Assembly: GCA_045863055.1 (NCBI GenBank)
Contig: BTUW01000010.1
Location: 59,417-123,416, forward strand
Length of the DNA stretch: 64,000 nt
Origin: Chlorobiota bacterium
Lineage (GTDB): Bacteria; Bacteroidota; Ignavibacteria; Ignavibacteriales; Ignavibacteriaceae
Direction: 5' to 3'
Under the pieces are notes generated by a model. That model did no database searches. It saw only the letters and a list, made by a program, of their open reading frames with translations, and was not told the origin of the DNA. The first letter of the stretch is position 1; every line of letters begins with the position of its first letter. This document shows positions 34,747 through 44,501 of this stretch, in pieces. The position numbers and the translations under genes are program-made.

Positions 34747-36903
34747 ATGTTAACAACTTCAAAATTAGTTGAAAAATTAAAGACGAACTTCTTCCTGAAA
34801 AAAGCCCAGGAAGAAGCCGCGCGCCTCGGCGAACTCCGGTCACAGATAAAGGAGGTTCCCGAGGGTGAGATCATTTATCAAACTGGGGAACGTGCCGGGT
34901 ATGTTTACCTGATACTCTACGGTCTTGTGAAGATCAAGATAAAGACGAAGCAAGGAGCCAAGATAATAAACAAGGCGGCCGGTGATTTCTTCGGTGAGCG
35001 TGAAGTGCTGGAGGGCCTCGAAAGGAACTCCACCGCAATTGCCGAGATAGGTACCGAGCTTTTGCCTGTTCCCGCGTCCCTTTTTACCGGACTCGTTTAC
35101 AGTAACAAGGAGATCAAGACCAACGTCAAGATAAATCTCGCCAGAACCTACGACCTCACAAAGGAAGGGGCCGAGGCGATCCTGGACGAAGGTGAACCTG
35201 AAAAAGCGGATCAACTCCTCAGCAGTTATGTCGGGAAGGCCGAAGAGGTGGAAGAGATTGAGGAGGTTGAGGAAGAAGCCACAACCGCGGCCAAAGAGGA
35301 GCCCGTACCACCCGCGCCCGAAGAGATCGAAGAGCCTGTTGTAGAGTCTGAAGTTCCGGCCACTGAGCCTGAGTTTACCTACTCCATCCCTGATGACGAG
35401 GAAGAGGAGTACGAAGAAGAAGATATGTATCCTGAAGAGCCGGCCGAAGAGTATGCCGTCGCGCAACAGGATATCGATCTGATCGAGGCATCCACCGGCG
35501 CGGGGGTGGAAGATGCTGACATTCGGCATGACATTGATATTGTTGAGGCTCACTTCGCCGGGGAAGAAGAGTCCTTACCGGCAGATGACCGCTGGGATGA
35601 AGAAGAAGAGGAGTTCCGCGACTTCATCGAATCTGATGAAGAGGAAACAGAGGAAGAACCGGATGCGGATGTGGAACACGATCTCGAAATAATCGAAGAT
35701 CATTTCGCAACCGAAGACGAACCCTCCACTCCGCCGCAGGCGGACCACACTCCATCCCCCACGCCGGACCCCTCCGTCCTCCCCCTGATAAAACTGCTGG
35801 TATCAGTCTGCAGGGCCGAGAGTCCCGATGATATTTATAATTCATTAAAGTACGAACTCCCCGCGATGGTTGGGGCAAGGGAGTTTGTAATGTTCAACTT
35901 TGACGGCGGTTTCCTTACCCCCGCGGGCGGTTATCAGCAAGGTGAGACGAATTTCGCCGTGCGCGAGAAGATAGCTTACGAACTTATAATGATGAAAGAG
36001 CCGGTTACGCTCTTTGATCTCGATGGCTCCGGTATGATCGAGGGCCTCGAGCATGTGGATGCCAGGGATATCCCCTCTTCACTTCTCTATTATCCTCTAA
36101 CAGATTCCGCCGACAGGGTGATCGGGTGCTTCATATTCTTCTCATCCGTCAGCGGAAGGTTTTCGCCCGGAGACGTGATGATGCTGGAAGATCTCGCGAA
36201 AGCTGCCTCGGGAGTTCTCGACAAGGTTACCGCGGGGAGGACCTCACTTACCGCGAAGTATGAAGACCTCCAGAAGTACACCGCCTTCTTCGGATCAGAG
36301 ATAAAAATGGCCGTGGAGACAATTCTCTCCGTGAGTGAAACACTCGACCGCGGAAAACTCTCCGATAAGGTGAGGTTCGGGTTTGATATTATAAGAGAAC
36401 GGGCTTCGGGGCTGAAAGGATTTCTTGATTCCATCCAATTCTTTGTGGGTAAGATCCCCGGTTTTACGAAACAGCCGTACCTCGTCAGCGAACTTCTCGA
36501 CGATTTCCTCGTTAAAGTATCTGAGCCCGCAAAACAGCGTGAGGTTACACTTCTGCGTAAGTATCAGGCCGATATGGTGATGTTTTTCAACCGCGAGCTT
36601 TTCATCCACGCGCTTACACTTGTCACACAGAACTCTTTTGATGCCATGCCTGAGGGTGGAAAGATCTATTACTCCACTTCCGCGAATGAGTCGAACATCC
36701 TCATTTCGATCCGCGATACGGGTCCCGGGGTGCATGCCGATATGCGTGACAAGATATTTGAACCTTTCTTCACCTTCGGTAAAACAGGGGTGGGGCTCGG
36801 GTTGCCAATAGCCAACAAGATAATTAAAGAACATGGAGGTTACATCTACCTCGAATCTTCCAGAAACCAAGGAACAGAAATAATAATAGCACTACCAGTA
36901 TGA
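34747..36903 (+). CDS. cNMP-binding-domain protein with hyper-acidic repeat linker, GAF-like region and histidine-kinase-type ATPase domain (phospho-acceptor His apparently absent)
   Basis: N-terminal cNMP fold (GEIIYQTGERAGYVYLILYGLVKIK...GDFFGEREVL). A ~200-aa D/E-rich segment with DIDLIEA / DIDIVEAHFAGEEE / HDLEIIEDHFATEDE repeats. N box NSFDAMPEGG, G1 RDTGPGV and G2 GVGLGLPIA. The DHp position reads FFGSEIKMAV instead of SHELRTPL. Confidence 0.7.
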   Translation: MLTTSKLVEKLKTNFFLKKAQEEAARLGELRSQIKEVPEGEIIYQTGERAGYVYLILYGLVKIKIKTKQGAKIINKAAGDFFGEREVLEGLERNSTAIAEIGTELLPVPASLFTGLVYSNKEIKTNVKINLARTYDLTKEGAEAILDEGEPEKADQLLSSYVGKAEEVEEIEEVEEEATTAAKEEPVPPAPEEIEEPVVESEVPATEPEFTYSIPDDEEEEYEEEDMYPEEPAEEYAVAQQDIDLIEASTGAGVEDADIRHDIDIVEAHFAGEEESLPADDRWDEEEEEFRDFIESDEEETEEEPDADVEHDLEIIEDHFATEDEPSTPPQADHTPSPTPDPSVLPLIKLLVSVCRAESPDDIYNSLKYELPAMVGAREFVMFNFDGGFLTPAGGYQQGETNFAVREKIAYELIMMKEPVTLFDLDGSGMIEGLEHVDARDIPSSLLYYPLTDSADRVIGCFIFFSSVSGRFSPGDVMMLEDLAKAASGVLDKVTAGRTSLTAKYEDLQKYTAFFGSEIKMAVETILSVSETLDRGKLSDKVRFGFDIIRERASGLKGFLDSIQFFVGKIPGFTKQPYLVSELLDDFLVKVSEPAKQREVTLLRKYQADMVMFFNRELFIHALTLVTQNSFDAMPEGGKIYYSTSANESNILISIRDTGPGVHADMRDKIFEPFFTFGKTGVGLGLPIANKIIKEHGGYIYLESSRNQGTEIIIALPV

Positions 36904-37832
36904 GTTATGACTACATTGCAGTAATTGGTGCCACCGCGACAGGTAAAACGAACCTCGCGGTGAAAATAGCACAAATGGTCGACGGAGAGATAATCTCCTG
37001 CGACTCCAGACAGGTTTACAGAGGTATGGATATCGGAACCGGCAAGGATCTCGATGCATACAGCACAAAAAGCGGTAAGATACCTTATCACCTGATCGAT
37101 ATTCTTGACCCCAACGAGGACTACAGCGTTTTCCGCTTTCTTGAGGATTTCTATAACTGTTACGATGATATCAAAGCCCGCGGCAAGGTACCCGTTCTTT
37201 GCGGCGGAAGTTACCTCTATTACACGGCTCTTTTCATGCGCTACCCCATGGTTAAGGTTGAGAACCTTGAAGCAAAATGCGAAGCGGCCATGGAAGAGGA
37301 TCATCAGGCGATGATCGAGGAACTGAAGCGGCTTAATCCCCTGCTTCACAACCGGACCGACCTTGATGACAAGGCCAAAACAGCAAAGGCGCTGGTTATC
37401 GCGCGGGAGAGTTCCGAAGTGGAGAAGAAGAACGGACTCGTTCATCCCCCTGTGGAACTGAAACCGCTTGTGATAGCCACACAGGTCTCACGTGAAGAGT
37501 ATTACAAGCGTATCCGCCTCCGTCTGGCCGACAGGCTGCGCAACGGCCTCGTTGATGAGGTGCGTAACCTTATGAACTCCGGAATTAAACAGGAGAGGCT
37601 TGACTATTTCGGTCTTGAGTACAAATTTGCAGGAAAGTATCTCCGCTCTGAGCTCTCGAAGAATGACATGATCCAGAAACTGATCTCGGCGATCAACGAT
37701 TACGCCAAGAAGCAGATGACGGGTATATCGAAGCTTGACAAGCACTATCTCAACGTGAACTGGATACCGCCTGAGGATACCGCCTCGGCAAGGCAACTGA
37801 TCGCTGAATCAGGATTCACGATAGTTGATTAA
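36900..37832 (+). CDS. miaA: tRNA dimethylallyltransferase
   Basis: P-loop GATATGKT, IISCDSRQVYRGMDIGTGK and PYHLIDILDP. ATGA overlap with the preceding gene. Confidence 0.88.
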   Translation: MSYDYIAVIGATATGKTNLAVKIAQMVDGEIISCDSRQVYRGMDIGTGKDLDAYSTKSGKIPYHLIDILDPNEDYSVFRFLEDFYNCYDDIKARGKVPVLCGGSYLYYTALFMRYPMVKVENLEAKCEAAMEEDHQAMIEELKRLNPLLHNRTDLDDKAKTAKALVIARESSEVEKKNGLVHPPVELKPLVIATQVSREEYYKRIRLRLADRLRNGLVDEVRNLMNSGIKQERLDYFGLEYKFAGKYLRSELSKNDMIQKLISAINDYAKKQMTGISKLDKHYLNVNWIPPEDTASARQLIAESGFTIVD

Positions 37833-38967
37833 ATTAAAAGACCCCGTTTCGGCATACATTCGCAAACGGGGTTTTCATTTTAAGCCATTTTATTCGAATT
37901 TCAGCGGTTTTCGTGATATTGTCGTTGTAATTCCCTGCTATGATGAGCTGAGGAACCTGCCGGTTCTCTGGAGCTCACTCCTCAACACCACTCCCGTTGG
38001 AAATGGAAGTGTTGCCCTCCTTTTTGTCGTAAATCACCCTGAAGATGCACCGGCTGAGAGAAAAGCCGGCAGCCTGAAAACCGTGGAGTGGCTGCAGGAA
38101 AAAGGGGAGGAGGGGAAGATGGATATCGCGTTACTCGATCTTTTTAGTCCCGGATGTGAGGTGCCGGCAAAGCACGCTGGCGCGGGCTACCCGAGGAAGG
38201 CCGGCCTCGACGCGGCCACCGCCCTGACCGACCCGGCGAAGACTGAAAACTCCCTCCTTGTTTCACTGGATGCCGACTGTGAAGTGTCGCCTGACTATCT
38301 TCGAGTATTGACCGTACTTGCCCGGGAAGGATGTCCCGCCGCGGTGCTCGAGTATCATCACAGGACCGACCATCCCGCGAACGCGCCTGCAATTCAGGAG
38401 TATGAAGCGTATCTTCGCTCATATACAGAGGGATTGAAACGCGCGGGTTCGCCCTACGCGTATCACTTCATCGGTTCAACGATGGTTTGCAGTGTCGCCA
38501 CGTATGTGAAGGCAGGAGGAATGAACACGCGACGTGCTGCCGAGGATTTCTATTTCCTCGAGGCGATCGCGAAAGTAACCCCCATCCGGACGGTCGAACC
38601 CGCCCTCGTTTTCCCCTCGAACAGGCTAAGCGACAGGGTAATATTCGGCACGGGCAAGGCGATGACCCGCCGCGTGGAGTCAGGTGAGCGGATCGCGCCC
38701 TATCCACCCGAAGCGTTCGAGGTTTTGCGGCGATTCCTTGAAGTTTACAGTTTTCCCCATCCTGATGTCCCCTCTCTTGTGGCAGCAGTGCAATCCCTCG
38801 ACCCGTGGGTATTCGAATTCCTCGAGTCATACAGATTTACCCGCGCGATGGAGCAGATCCATGCCACGTCAAAAACCCCAAAACAGCTCCTCCGCCAAAA
38901 ACACCTCTGGTTCGACGCCCTCAAAACCCTCCGGTTTGTAGGGAGATCAGTGGTGAGTGGCGAGTAG
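37825..38967 (+). CDS. Glycosyltransferase family 2-like protein
   Basis: VVVIPCYDE, SLDADCEVSPDY (DxD-like). TTG start as in the track. The exact start is uncertain. Confidence 0.6.
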   Translation: MIKLKDPVSAYIRKRGFHFKPFYSNFSGFRDIVVVIPCYDELRNLPVLWSSLLNTTPVGNGSVALLFVVNHPEDAPAERKAGSLKTVEWLQEKGEEGKMDIALLDLFSPGCEVPAKHAGAGYPRKAGLDAATALTDPAKTENSLLVSLDADCEVSPDYLRVLTVLAREGCPAAVLEYHHRTDHPANAPAIQEYEAYLRSYTEGLKRAGSPYAYHFIGSTMVCSVATYVKAGGMNTRRAAEDFYFLEAIAKVTPIRTVEPALVFPSNRLSDRVIFGTGKAMTRRVESGERIAPYPPEAFEVLRRFLEVYSFPHPDVPSLVAAVQSLDPWVFEFLESYRFTRAMEQIHATSKTPKQLLRQKHLWFDALKTLRFVGRSVVSGE

Positions 38968-39047
38968 GGAGTTGTGAGGAAAAGGATATCCCCATCCCTC
39001 TATCTCCTTGAATTTGCTTATTTTTAAAGTTTGATATTTGGTATTGT

Positions 39048-39791
39048 ATGAAACGACCCACACTTGTGATTGGAGTATCGATCGCGGCGTTTGCCGTGGT
39101 GGTTTTTCTGGTGTTCAATTTGTTTGTCGGGAGGCAGAAGAAGGCGCCTGAATACTACGATATTGCTGTACCGGAGCCCTCAGGGCTATGTTTTTCGGCT
39201 GATGGACGGGGCTTGTGGACGGTCAGCGACAGGACGGGGGAAGTGGTGCAGATCTCTTTCGACGGGGAGGTTCTGACAAAATTTACCCTGAAGGATGTCG
39301 ATTTCGAGGGGATCGCGGTTTATGACGATACCACACTTGCCCTCTCCCGTGAGGGAAAACCAGCGGTGATGTTCGTCTCAACTTCAGGAAACGTGCTGCG
39401 TGATCAGCACATCGATCTCGATCTTAAGAGCAACTCGGGACTCGAGGGGATCGCATTTGTTAAAAAAGAGAATATTTTCATTCTCGCTCAGGAGAAGAAA
39501 CCGCGCCGCCTTATCGAGGTTGACGCCACCTCCTTCGAAGTGAAGCGGGAGATAAAAATCGGGAAGAATTTTCCCGATATCAGCGACATCTGGTACGACG
39601 AAAGATCGGACCAGCTTTGGATACTCTCCGATCAGGGTGAGTTCGTCGCCCGGTGCAGCCGCGACGGAGAGATGATAAAGAAGCACAAGCTTAAGATAGA
39701 AAAGCTCGAGGGGGTCTGTGTGGATCCTTCGAAAAGGAAGATCTATACTGTCTCCGACAAGCTGGCTGCCATGTTCGTTTTTGAATATTGA
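39048..39791 (+). CDS. SdiA-regulated-domain (YjiK-like beta-propeller) protein, membrane anchored
   Basis: N-terminal TM. EPSGLCFSADGRGLWTVSDRTGEVVQISFDGEVL and repeated EGIAV/LEGIAF/LEGVCVD. Confidence 0.7.
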   Translation: MKRPTLVIGVSIAAFAVVVFLVFNLFVGRQKKAPEYYDIAVPEPSGLCFSADGRGLWTVSDRTGEVVQISFDGEVLTKFTLKDVDFEGIAVYDDTTLALSREGKPAVMFVSTSGNVLRDQHIDLDLKSNSGLEGIAFVKKENIFILAQEKKPRRLIEVDATSFEVKREIKIGKNFPDISDIWYDERSDQLWILSDQGEFVARCSRDGEMIKKHKLKIEKLEGVCVDPSKRKIYTVSDKLAAMFVFEY

Positions 39792-39803
39792 AACCGATTT
39801 AAT

Positions 39804-40307
39804 ATGAAACTGATAAAAATTGTAATACCCGTGCTGACTCTTTTGCTGTTCACATCATGCGGAACAGTAACGGGGGACAGTGCTTTTATAAAAGACACAG
39901 ACTTTTCGAAGTTGAAAGTCTACACCATCTACCCGAGCACCGCGCTGAAGGGGAATTCCCCTGTTCTCGCCGAGGCAATTGCCGCGGAGATCGATTCGGT
40001 AATGCAGAAGAAGGGTTATACCCGCGGAAATGAAGTTCATGATTTCGTGGTTACCTTCTACACCGAAACCGAAGTGGAAACCTCGTACGGTAGTGTGAAC
40101 TTTGAGCGTTGGAAAGGATTCTGGTCAACCAAAGAGGAGCCTCTCTTCGCGGTGAAGGGGTTGATCGTAATCGACATGATCGATGCCGCAACAGGTCTTG
40201 TGGTCTGGCGCGGCTGGGACTCGAAGATAGCCGGGAGGGATGACAACCCCCGGCAGGTTCTCCGTTCAACGATCGATGGCATCCTCGAACAGTATCCACC
40301 TCAATAA
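39804..40307 (+). CDS. DUF4136-like lipoprotein
   Basis: Lipobox LLFTSCGT. LIVIDMIDAATGLVVWRGW is typical of DUF4136. Confidence 0.6.
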   Translation: MKLIKIVIPVLTLLLFTSCGTVTGDSAFIKDTDFSKLKVYTIYPSTALKGNSPVLAEAIAAEIDSVMQKKGYTRGNEVHDFVVTFYTETEVETSYGSVNFERWKGFWSTKEEPLFAVKGLIVIDMIDAATGLVVWRGWDSKIAGRDDNPRQVLRSTIDGILEQYPPQ

Positions 40308-40319
40308 TAGGAGAATTTG

Positions 40320-41330
40320 ATGGCAAAATATCTCATTATTTTTCTGTTCAGTGCGTTAATTGTCGCTTTTCCGCAGAAAAACAAGAACAAAAACAAAAAA
40401 GGGAACAAAGATGCAACTCAGGAAGTGAAGATCGACCTTAAGATGCCTGCCGGATTCGATACTTCGAACATCCCGAAAGACATTAAAAAACTGATGGCGA
40501 AACCCCTCTACCGTTTCAACGAAGAGGACGTCGACAGATACATCGGCTTCCTGCAGGAGAGAGTGCCCGATGTGAGGAAAAGGATCCAGATCCTCGCCAA
40601 ACAGACAATGGGGCAGCACTACGATATATACCTCCTCGGTGAATATCCCTTTGAGATCAAAGACAAACAGCCCCTCTTCAATCTTAAGCAGAGCGACTGC
40701 GTCGTCTTCAGCGAGCATATTTATGCCATGGCACTCAGTCACGACTGGAAAGAGTTCTTCGCGATGCTGCAGAGGATCCGCTATAAGAACGGAGAGATCG
40801 GCATGCTTACCAGAAACCACTACACAGAGGCTGACTGGGTAAAGAACAACGAGTGGCTGATAACCGAGATCACCAATGAGATCGCCGGAACGGATGTTGT
40901 GAAGGTTTCTTCGGTGATCGACCGCGCGAAGTTCTTCAAAAAACACGGCATCGGACAGGATATCCCGAAGGACACGATAAACTGGACCTATATCCCGGGC
41001 GATTCGGTGTATAAAGTGCTCCCATACCTCAAAACGGGCGATTTTGTTAACATAGTGAGGGGATACACCGGTGGCGAACCGTGGGTGGGACACGTCGGCC
41101 TTATCTCTGTTGAAGAAGACGGCACGGTGAATTTTATGCATTCCGCCGATCCGGAAGTGAAGATACAGACAGTGGTCTCCTACTGGGATGAGTGGAAAGC
41201 AAAGAAGAAAAAGAAGAACGGCTGGAACTTCCTCGGCTACAGGTTCTATCGCCTGAACGAGAACGCCATGGAAAATCTGAAAAAGATCGACGGCCCACGG
41301 GCCCCGAAACTCACCATTTACGGAAACTGA
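40320..41330 (+). CDS. DUF1460-like (amidase/NlpC-like) secreted protein
   Basis: Signal peptide. FNLKQSDCVVFSEHIYAMAL and GHVGLI resemble a Cys/His hydrolase pattern. Assignment is tentative. Confidence 0.5.
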   Translation: MAKYLIIFLFSALIVAFPQKNKNKNKKGNKDATQEVKIDLKMPAGFDTSNIPKDIKKLMAKPLYRFNEEDVDRYIGFLQERVPDVRKRIQILAKQTMGQHYDIYLLGEYPFEIKDKQPLFNLKQSDCVVFSEHIYAMALSHDWKEFFAMLQRIRYKNGEIGMLTRNHYTEADWVKNNEWLITEITNEIAGTDVVKVSSVIDRAKFFKKHGIGQDIPKDTINWTYIPGDSVYKVLPYLKTGDFVNIVRGYTGGEPWVGHVGLISVEEDGTVNFMHSADPEVKIQTVVSYWDEWKAKKKKKNGWNFLGYRFYRLNENAMENLKKIDGPRAPKLTIYGN

Positions 41331-41349
41331 TAAAGACAACGGAGAAAAT

Positions 41350-42249
41350 ATGAAGATAGGATTTGTAGGTCTCGGAAAGATGGGTGCCAACATGGTTGAG
41401 AGACTCCTTCTCGGAGGCCATGAAGTGGTGGTATATAACAGGTCCGAAGGCAAGGTTAAGGAAGCAGTTGCAAAAGGGGCCATCGGCTCAACCTCGATAG
41501 CCGACCTTTGCGGTAAACTTGAAAGAAGAAAAGTGATCTGGCTGATGGTCCCATCAGGTCAGGCTGTTGATGACAACATAAATGAAGTGGTTAAACACCT
41601 CAATCCGGGTGACATAATCATCGACGGTGGAAACTCCTACTGGCGCGACACCCAGGCACGCAACGCCCGGGTGGAAGCGATGGGGTTTGAGTACCTCGAC
41701 TGCGGCACCAGCGGCGGCGTTTGGGGGCTTCAGAACGGTTATTGCCTGATGTACGGCGGTAATAAAGAAGCGGTCGACCACATTTTACCCGTTCTCGAAA
41801 CCCTTGCACCCGTCGGCGGACACGCCTACTGCGGCACAAGCGGTGCCGGGCACTTCGTAAAGATGGTGCACAACGGCATCGAGTACGGCATGATGCAGGC
41901 ATATGCCGAGGGGTTCGAGATCATGGAAAAATCCCCCTTCAACATCGATCTTGAGAAAATTACCGGAATCTGGCAGCACGGAAGTGTTGTCCGTTCATGG
42001 CTCCTCGATCTCGCGAACCTCGCGTTCAAGGAAGACCCGAAACTTGAGAAAGTGAAAGATTACGTAGCCGACAGCGGCGAAGGAAGGTGGACGGTGCAGA
42101 CCGCGATCGACTTTGATGTCCCGGCGCATGTTATCACCACTTCGCTCTTCAACAGGTTCCAGAGCAGACAGGATGAGAGCTTCGCGATGAAGACCCTTTC
42201 GGCGCTCAGGAACAAGTTCGGCGGTCACGAAATGAAGACCAAGGAATAG
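41350..42249 (+). CDS. gnd: 6-phosphogluconate dehydrogenase (decarboxylating), short ~300-aa type
   Basis: MKIGFVGLGKMGANMVERLL Rossmann start, IIDGGNSYWRDT and GAGHFVKMVHNGIEYGMMQAYAEGF. Confidence 0.88.
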   Translation: MKIGFVGLGKMGANMVERLLLGGHEVVVYNRSEGKVKEAVAKGAIGSTSIADLCGKLERRKVIWLMVPSGQAVDDNINEVVKHLNPGDIIIDGGNSYWRDTQARNARVEAMGFEYLDCGTSGGVWGLQNGYCLMYGGNKEAVDHILPVLETLAPVGGHAYCGTSGAGHFVKMVHNGIEYGMMQAYAEGFEIMEKSPFNIDLEKITGIWQHGSVVRSWLLDLANLAFKEDPKLEKVKDYVADSGEGRWTVQTAIDFDVPAHVITTSLFNRFQSRQDESFAMKTLSALRNKFGGHEMKTKE

Positions 42250-42253
42250 CACC

Positions 42254-43753
42254 GTGCCGGCCGACCAGGTACTGGTGATCTTCGGCGCCTCGGGCGACCT
42301 CACCGAACGGAAGCTGATCCCCGCTCTCTATGCCCTGAAGAACCGGGGGCTCCTCCCCGGGAACTTCGCGGTTCTTGGAACGGGGAGAACCGTTATGTCC
42401 GATGATGAATTCCGTCAGAAACTGAAGGAAAAAGGGGGCGAGTACGACCCCGCTTTCCTCGCGACGATCCATTATCTGCCGCTTGACCCGCAGAATCCCG
42501 AGAACTATTATGCCCTCAGGGAACAGTTGAGGCACATTGATCACGATTTCAAAGTGCAGGGCAACTACATTTTCTATCTGGCGACACCTCCGCTCCTCTA
42601 TGAGAGCGTGGCCGAAGGTCTGGCTGCCGCGGGACTCAACCACAACGAACCGAACGGCGGACTGAAAAAGCTTGTTATCGAGAAGCCTTTCGGTTACAGT
42701 CTTGAGACCGCGAAGAACCTGAACAGGAAACTCCTCCTCTATTTTGAAGAGAATCAGCTTTTCAGGATCGACCATTATCTCGGCAAGGAGACCGCTCAGA
42801 ACATCCTCGTTTTCCGTTTCGCCAACGGGATATTTGAGCCGCTCTGGAACAGGAATTACATCGATCATATACAGGTGACCTCTTCCGAGAGCATCGGAGT
42901 TGAGAACCGCGGCGGTTACTACGACACCGCCGGCGCGCTCAGGGACATGGTGCAGAACCACTTACTTCAGCTCGTTGCCCTCGCGGCGATGGAGCCCCCT
43001 GCCGGGTTCGATGCCGATTCGATCCGCAACGAAACGGTGAAGGTGTTTCAGTCGATAAAGCCTTACACCCCCGATGACATAAGGAAAAATGTGATCCGCG
43101 GGCAGTATATCGCCTCCACCATAAAGGGGGAGAAGATGAAGGCTTACCGCGACGAAAAGGGGGTTGATCCCGCTTCCAGGACCGAGACTTTTGTGGCGCT
43201 GAAATTCTTCATCGACAACTGGCGGTGGGGCGGAATACCGTTCTACATCAGAACAGGAAAAAGGCTCCCAACCAGGGTTACCGAGATCGTCGTCAGGTTC
43301 AAAAACACGCCCCACAGGCTCTTCAGAAGCATCTTTGATGATGAATCGGGTACGAACCAGCTCATCATCAGGATCCAGCCCGATGAGGGAATACTTCTTA
43401 GATTTTCCCTGAAACAGCCCGGCGCGGGATACACCGTTAAGAACGCCTCGCTCGATTTCCATTATTCAAAAATGAGCGAAGAGAGGCTTCCCGAAGCTTA
43501 TGAACGGTTGATCAACGACTGCATGATGAACGACTCGACACTTTACACGCGTGGCGACGCTCTGGAATCGTGCTGGAAGTTCATCGACCCGATACTGAAC
43601 GCGTGGAAGGACGACCCGGCTCAGAAGATCTACGGTTACCCGGCGGGGACATGGGGTCCGGTGGAGGCCGATGCCCTCTTGAACTCGAACGGGCAAAGCT
43701 GGCGCTATCCCTGCAAGAACCTGACCGATGATGAAAATTTCTGCGAGCTTTAG
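42254..43753 (+). CDS. zwf: Glucose-6-phosphate 1-dehydrogenase
   Basis: IFGASGDLTERKLIPALY, RIDHYLGKE and DMVQNHLLQL. Confidence 0.95.
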   Translation: MPADQVLVIFGASGDLTERKLIPALYALKNRGLLPGNFAVLGTGRTVMSDDEFRQKLKEKGGEYDPAFLATIHYLPLDPQNPENYYALREQLRHIDHDFKVQGNYIFYLATPPLLYESVAEGLAAAGLNHNEPNGGLKKLVIEKPFGYSLETAKNLNRKLLLYFEENQLFRIDHYLGKETAQNILVFRFANGIFEPLWNRNYIDHIQVTSSESIGVENRGGYYDTAGALRDMVQNHLLQLVALAAMEPPAGFDADSIRNETVKVFQSIKPYTPDDIRKNVIRGQYIASTIKGEKMKAYRDEKGVDPASRTETFVALKFFIDNWRWGGIPFYIRTGKRLPTRVTEIVVRFKNTPHRLFRSIFDDESGTNQLIIRIQPDEGILLRFSLKQPGAGYTVKNASLDFHYSKMSEERLPEAYERLINDCMMNDSTLYTRGDALESCWKFIDPILNAWKDDPAQKIYGYPAGTWGPVEADALLNSNGQSWRYPCKNLTDDENFCEL

Positions 43754-44470
43754 ATGAAGGATATCATCAGAATCTACCCCGATCCCGAAATGTCGGCTGC
43801 CGCGTGTGCCGCTCTCGTTGACAGGGAAATAACCCGGTTACTTGAAACGAAATCTTTCGTTTCAGTGGCACTTTCAGGTGGGTCAACACCGGCTTTACTC
43901 TTTAAGGTGCTGGTTGATTTATACAGTGATGCCCCCTGGAAAGACAAGCTGAAATTCTTCTGGGTGGATGAAAGGTGTGTTGCCCCTGACGACCCTGAGA
44001 GCAACTACGGCGCGGCGAAGAAACTCCTCCTCGATCCCCTCGGGATCAAGGATGAGATGATCTTCCGCATTCACGGTGAGAGCAACCCCACGGATGAGGT
44101 GGCGCGCTACACTTCAGTGCTTCAGAAAGAACTGGGCCCGGATGGTGTGATCGATATTTGCCTCCTCGGGATGGGGAGCGACGGGCATACGGCATCGGTT
44201 TTTCCGCCGCACTCCACCCTTATGGACGCTTCAGTTATGGTCGCTGAAACAAAAAACCCCTACTCGGGGCAGAAAAGAATTACGATGACAGGGAAATTGA
44301 TAAACAACAGCTTAACAACAATATTTCTGGCTCACGGCAAGGAAAAGAAGGATGTGCTGAAACTGATACTCGACAACCGGGAGAGGGAGAGTTTCCCAGC
44401 CGGACTTGTTATCAACGCGCACGAAGGCGTTTACTGGTTCCTTGACACAGAGGCATACCGGTTGCCGTGA
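43754..44470 (+). CDS. pgl: 6-phosphogluconolactonase
   Basis: ALSGGSTP, WVDERCV and LLGMGSDGHTASVFP. Confidence 0.9.
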   Translation: MKDIIRIYPDPEMSAAACAALVDREITRLLETKSFVSVALSGGSTPALLFKVLVDLYSDAPWKDKLKFFWVDERCVAPDDPESNYGAAKKLLLDPLGIKDEMIFRIHGESNPTDEVARYTSVLQKELGPDGVIDICLLGMGSDGHTASVFPPHSTLMDASVMVAETKNPYSGQKRITMTGKLINNSLTTIFLAHGKEKKDVLKLILDNRERESFPAGLVINAHEGVYWFLDTEAYRLP

Positions 44471-44501
44471 CAATGATATTTTAATATTACGGAGAAAATT
44501 A

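Noticed and set aside
34840-35553. 237-aa ORF antisense to the acidic linker of the cNMP/kinase gene
   Set aside because: It is a mirror of GAA/GAG-rich coding sequence, giving Leu/Phe-rich nonsense. No independent evidence supports it.
36295-37445. Two ~190-200-aa minus-strand ORFs (36295..36870 and 36846..37445)
   Set aside because: They are antisense to the kinase ATPase domain and miaA, both of which are motif-supported.
40356-41483. 375-aa ORF on the minus strand
   Set aside because: It is entirely antisense to the DUF1460-like gene and the start of gnd. Its composition is low-complexity and Arg/Leu/Val-rich, typical of a shadow frame. It has no start context, no motifs, and would overlap two well-supported genes.
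42206-42961. 251-aa ORF antisense to zwf
   Set aside because: Shadow ORF opposite a gene with unambiguous G6PD motifs.
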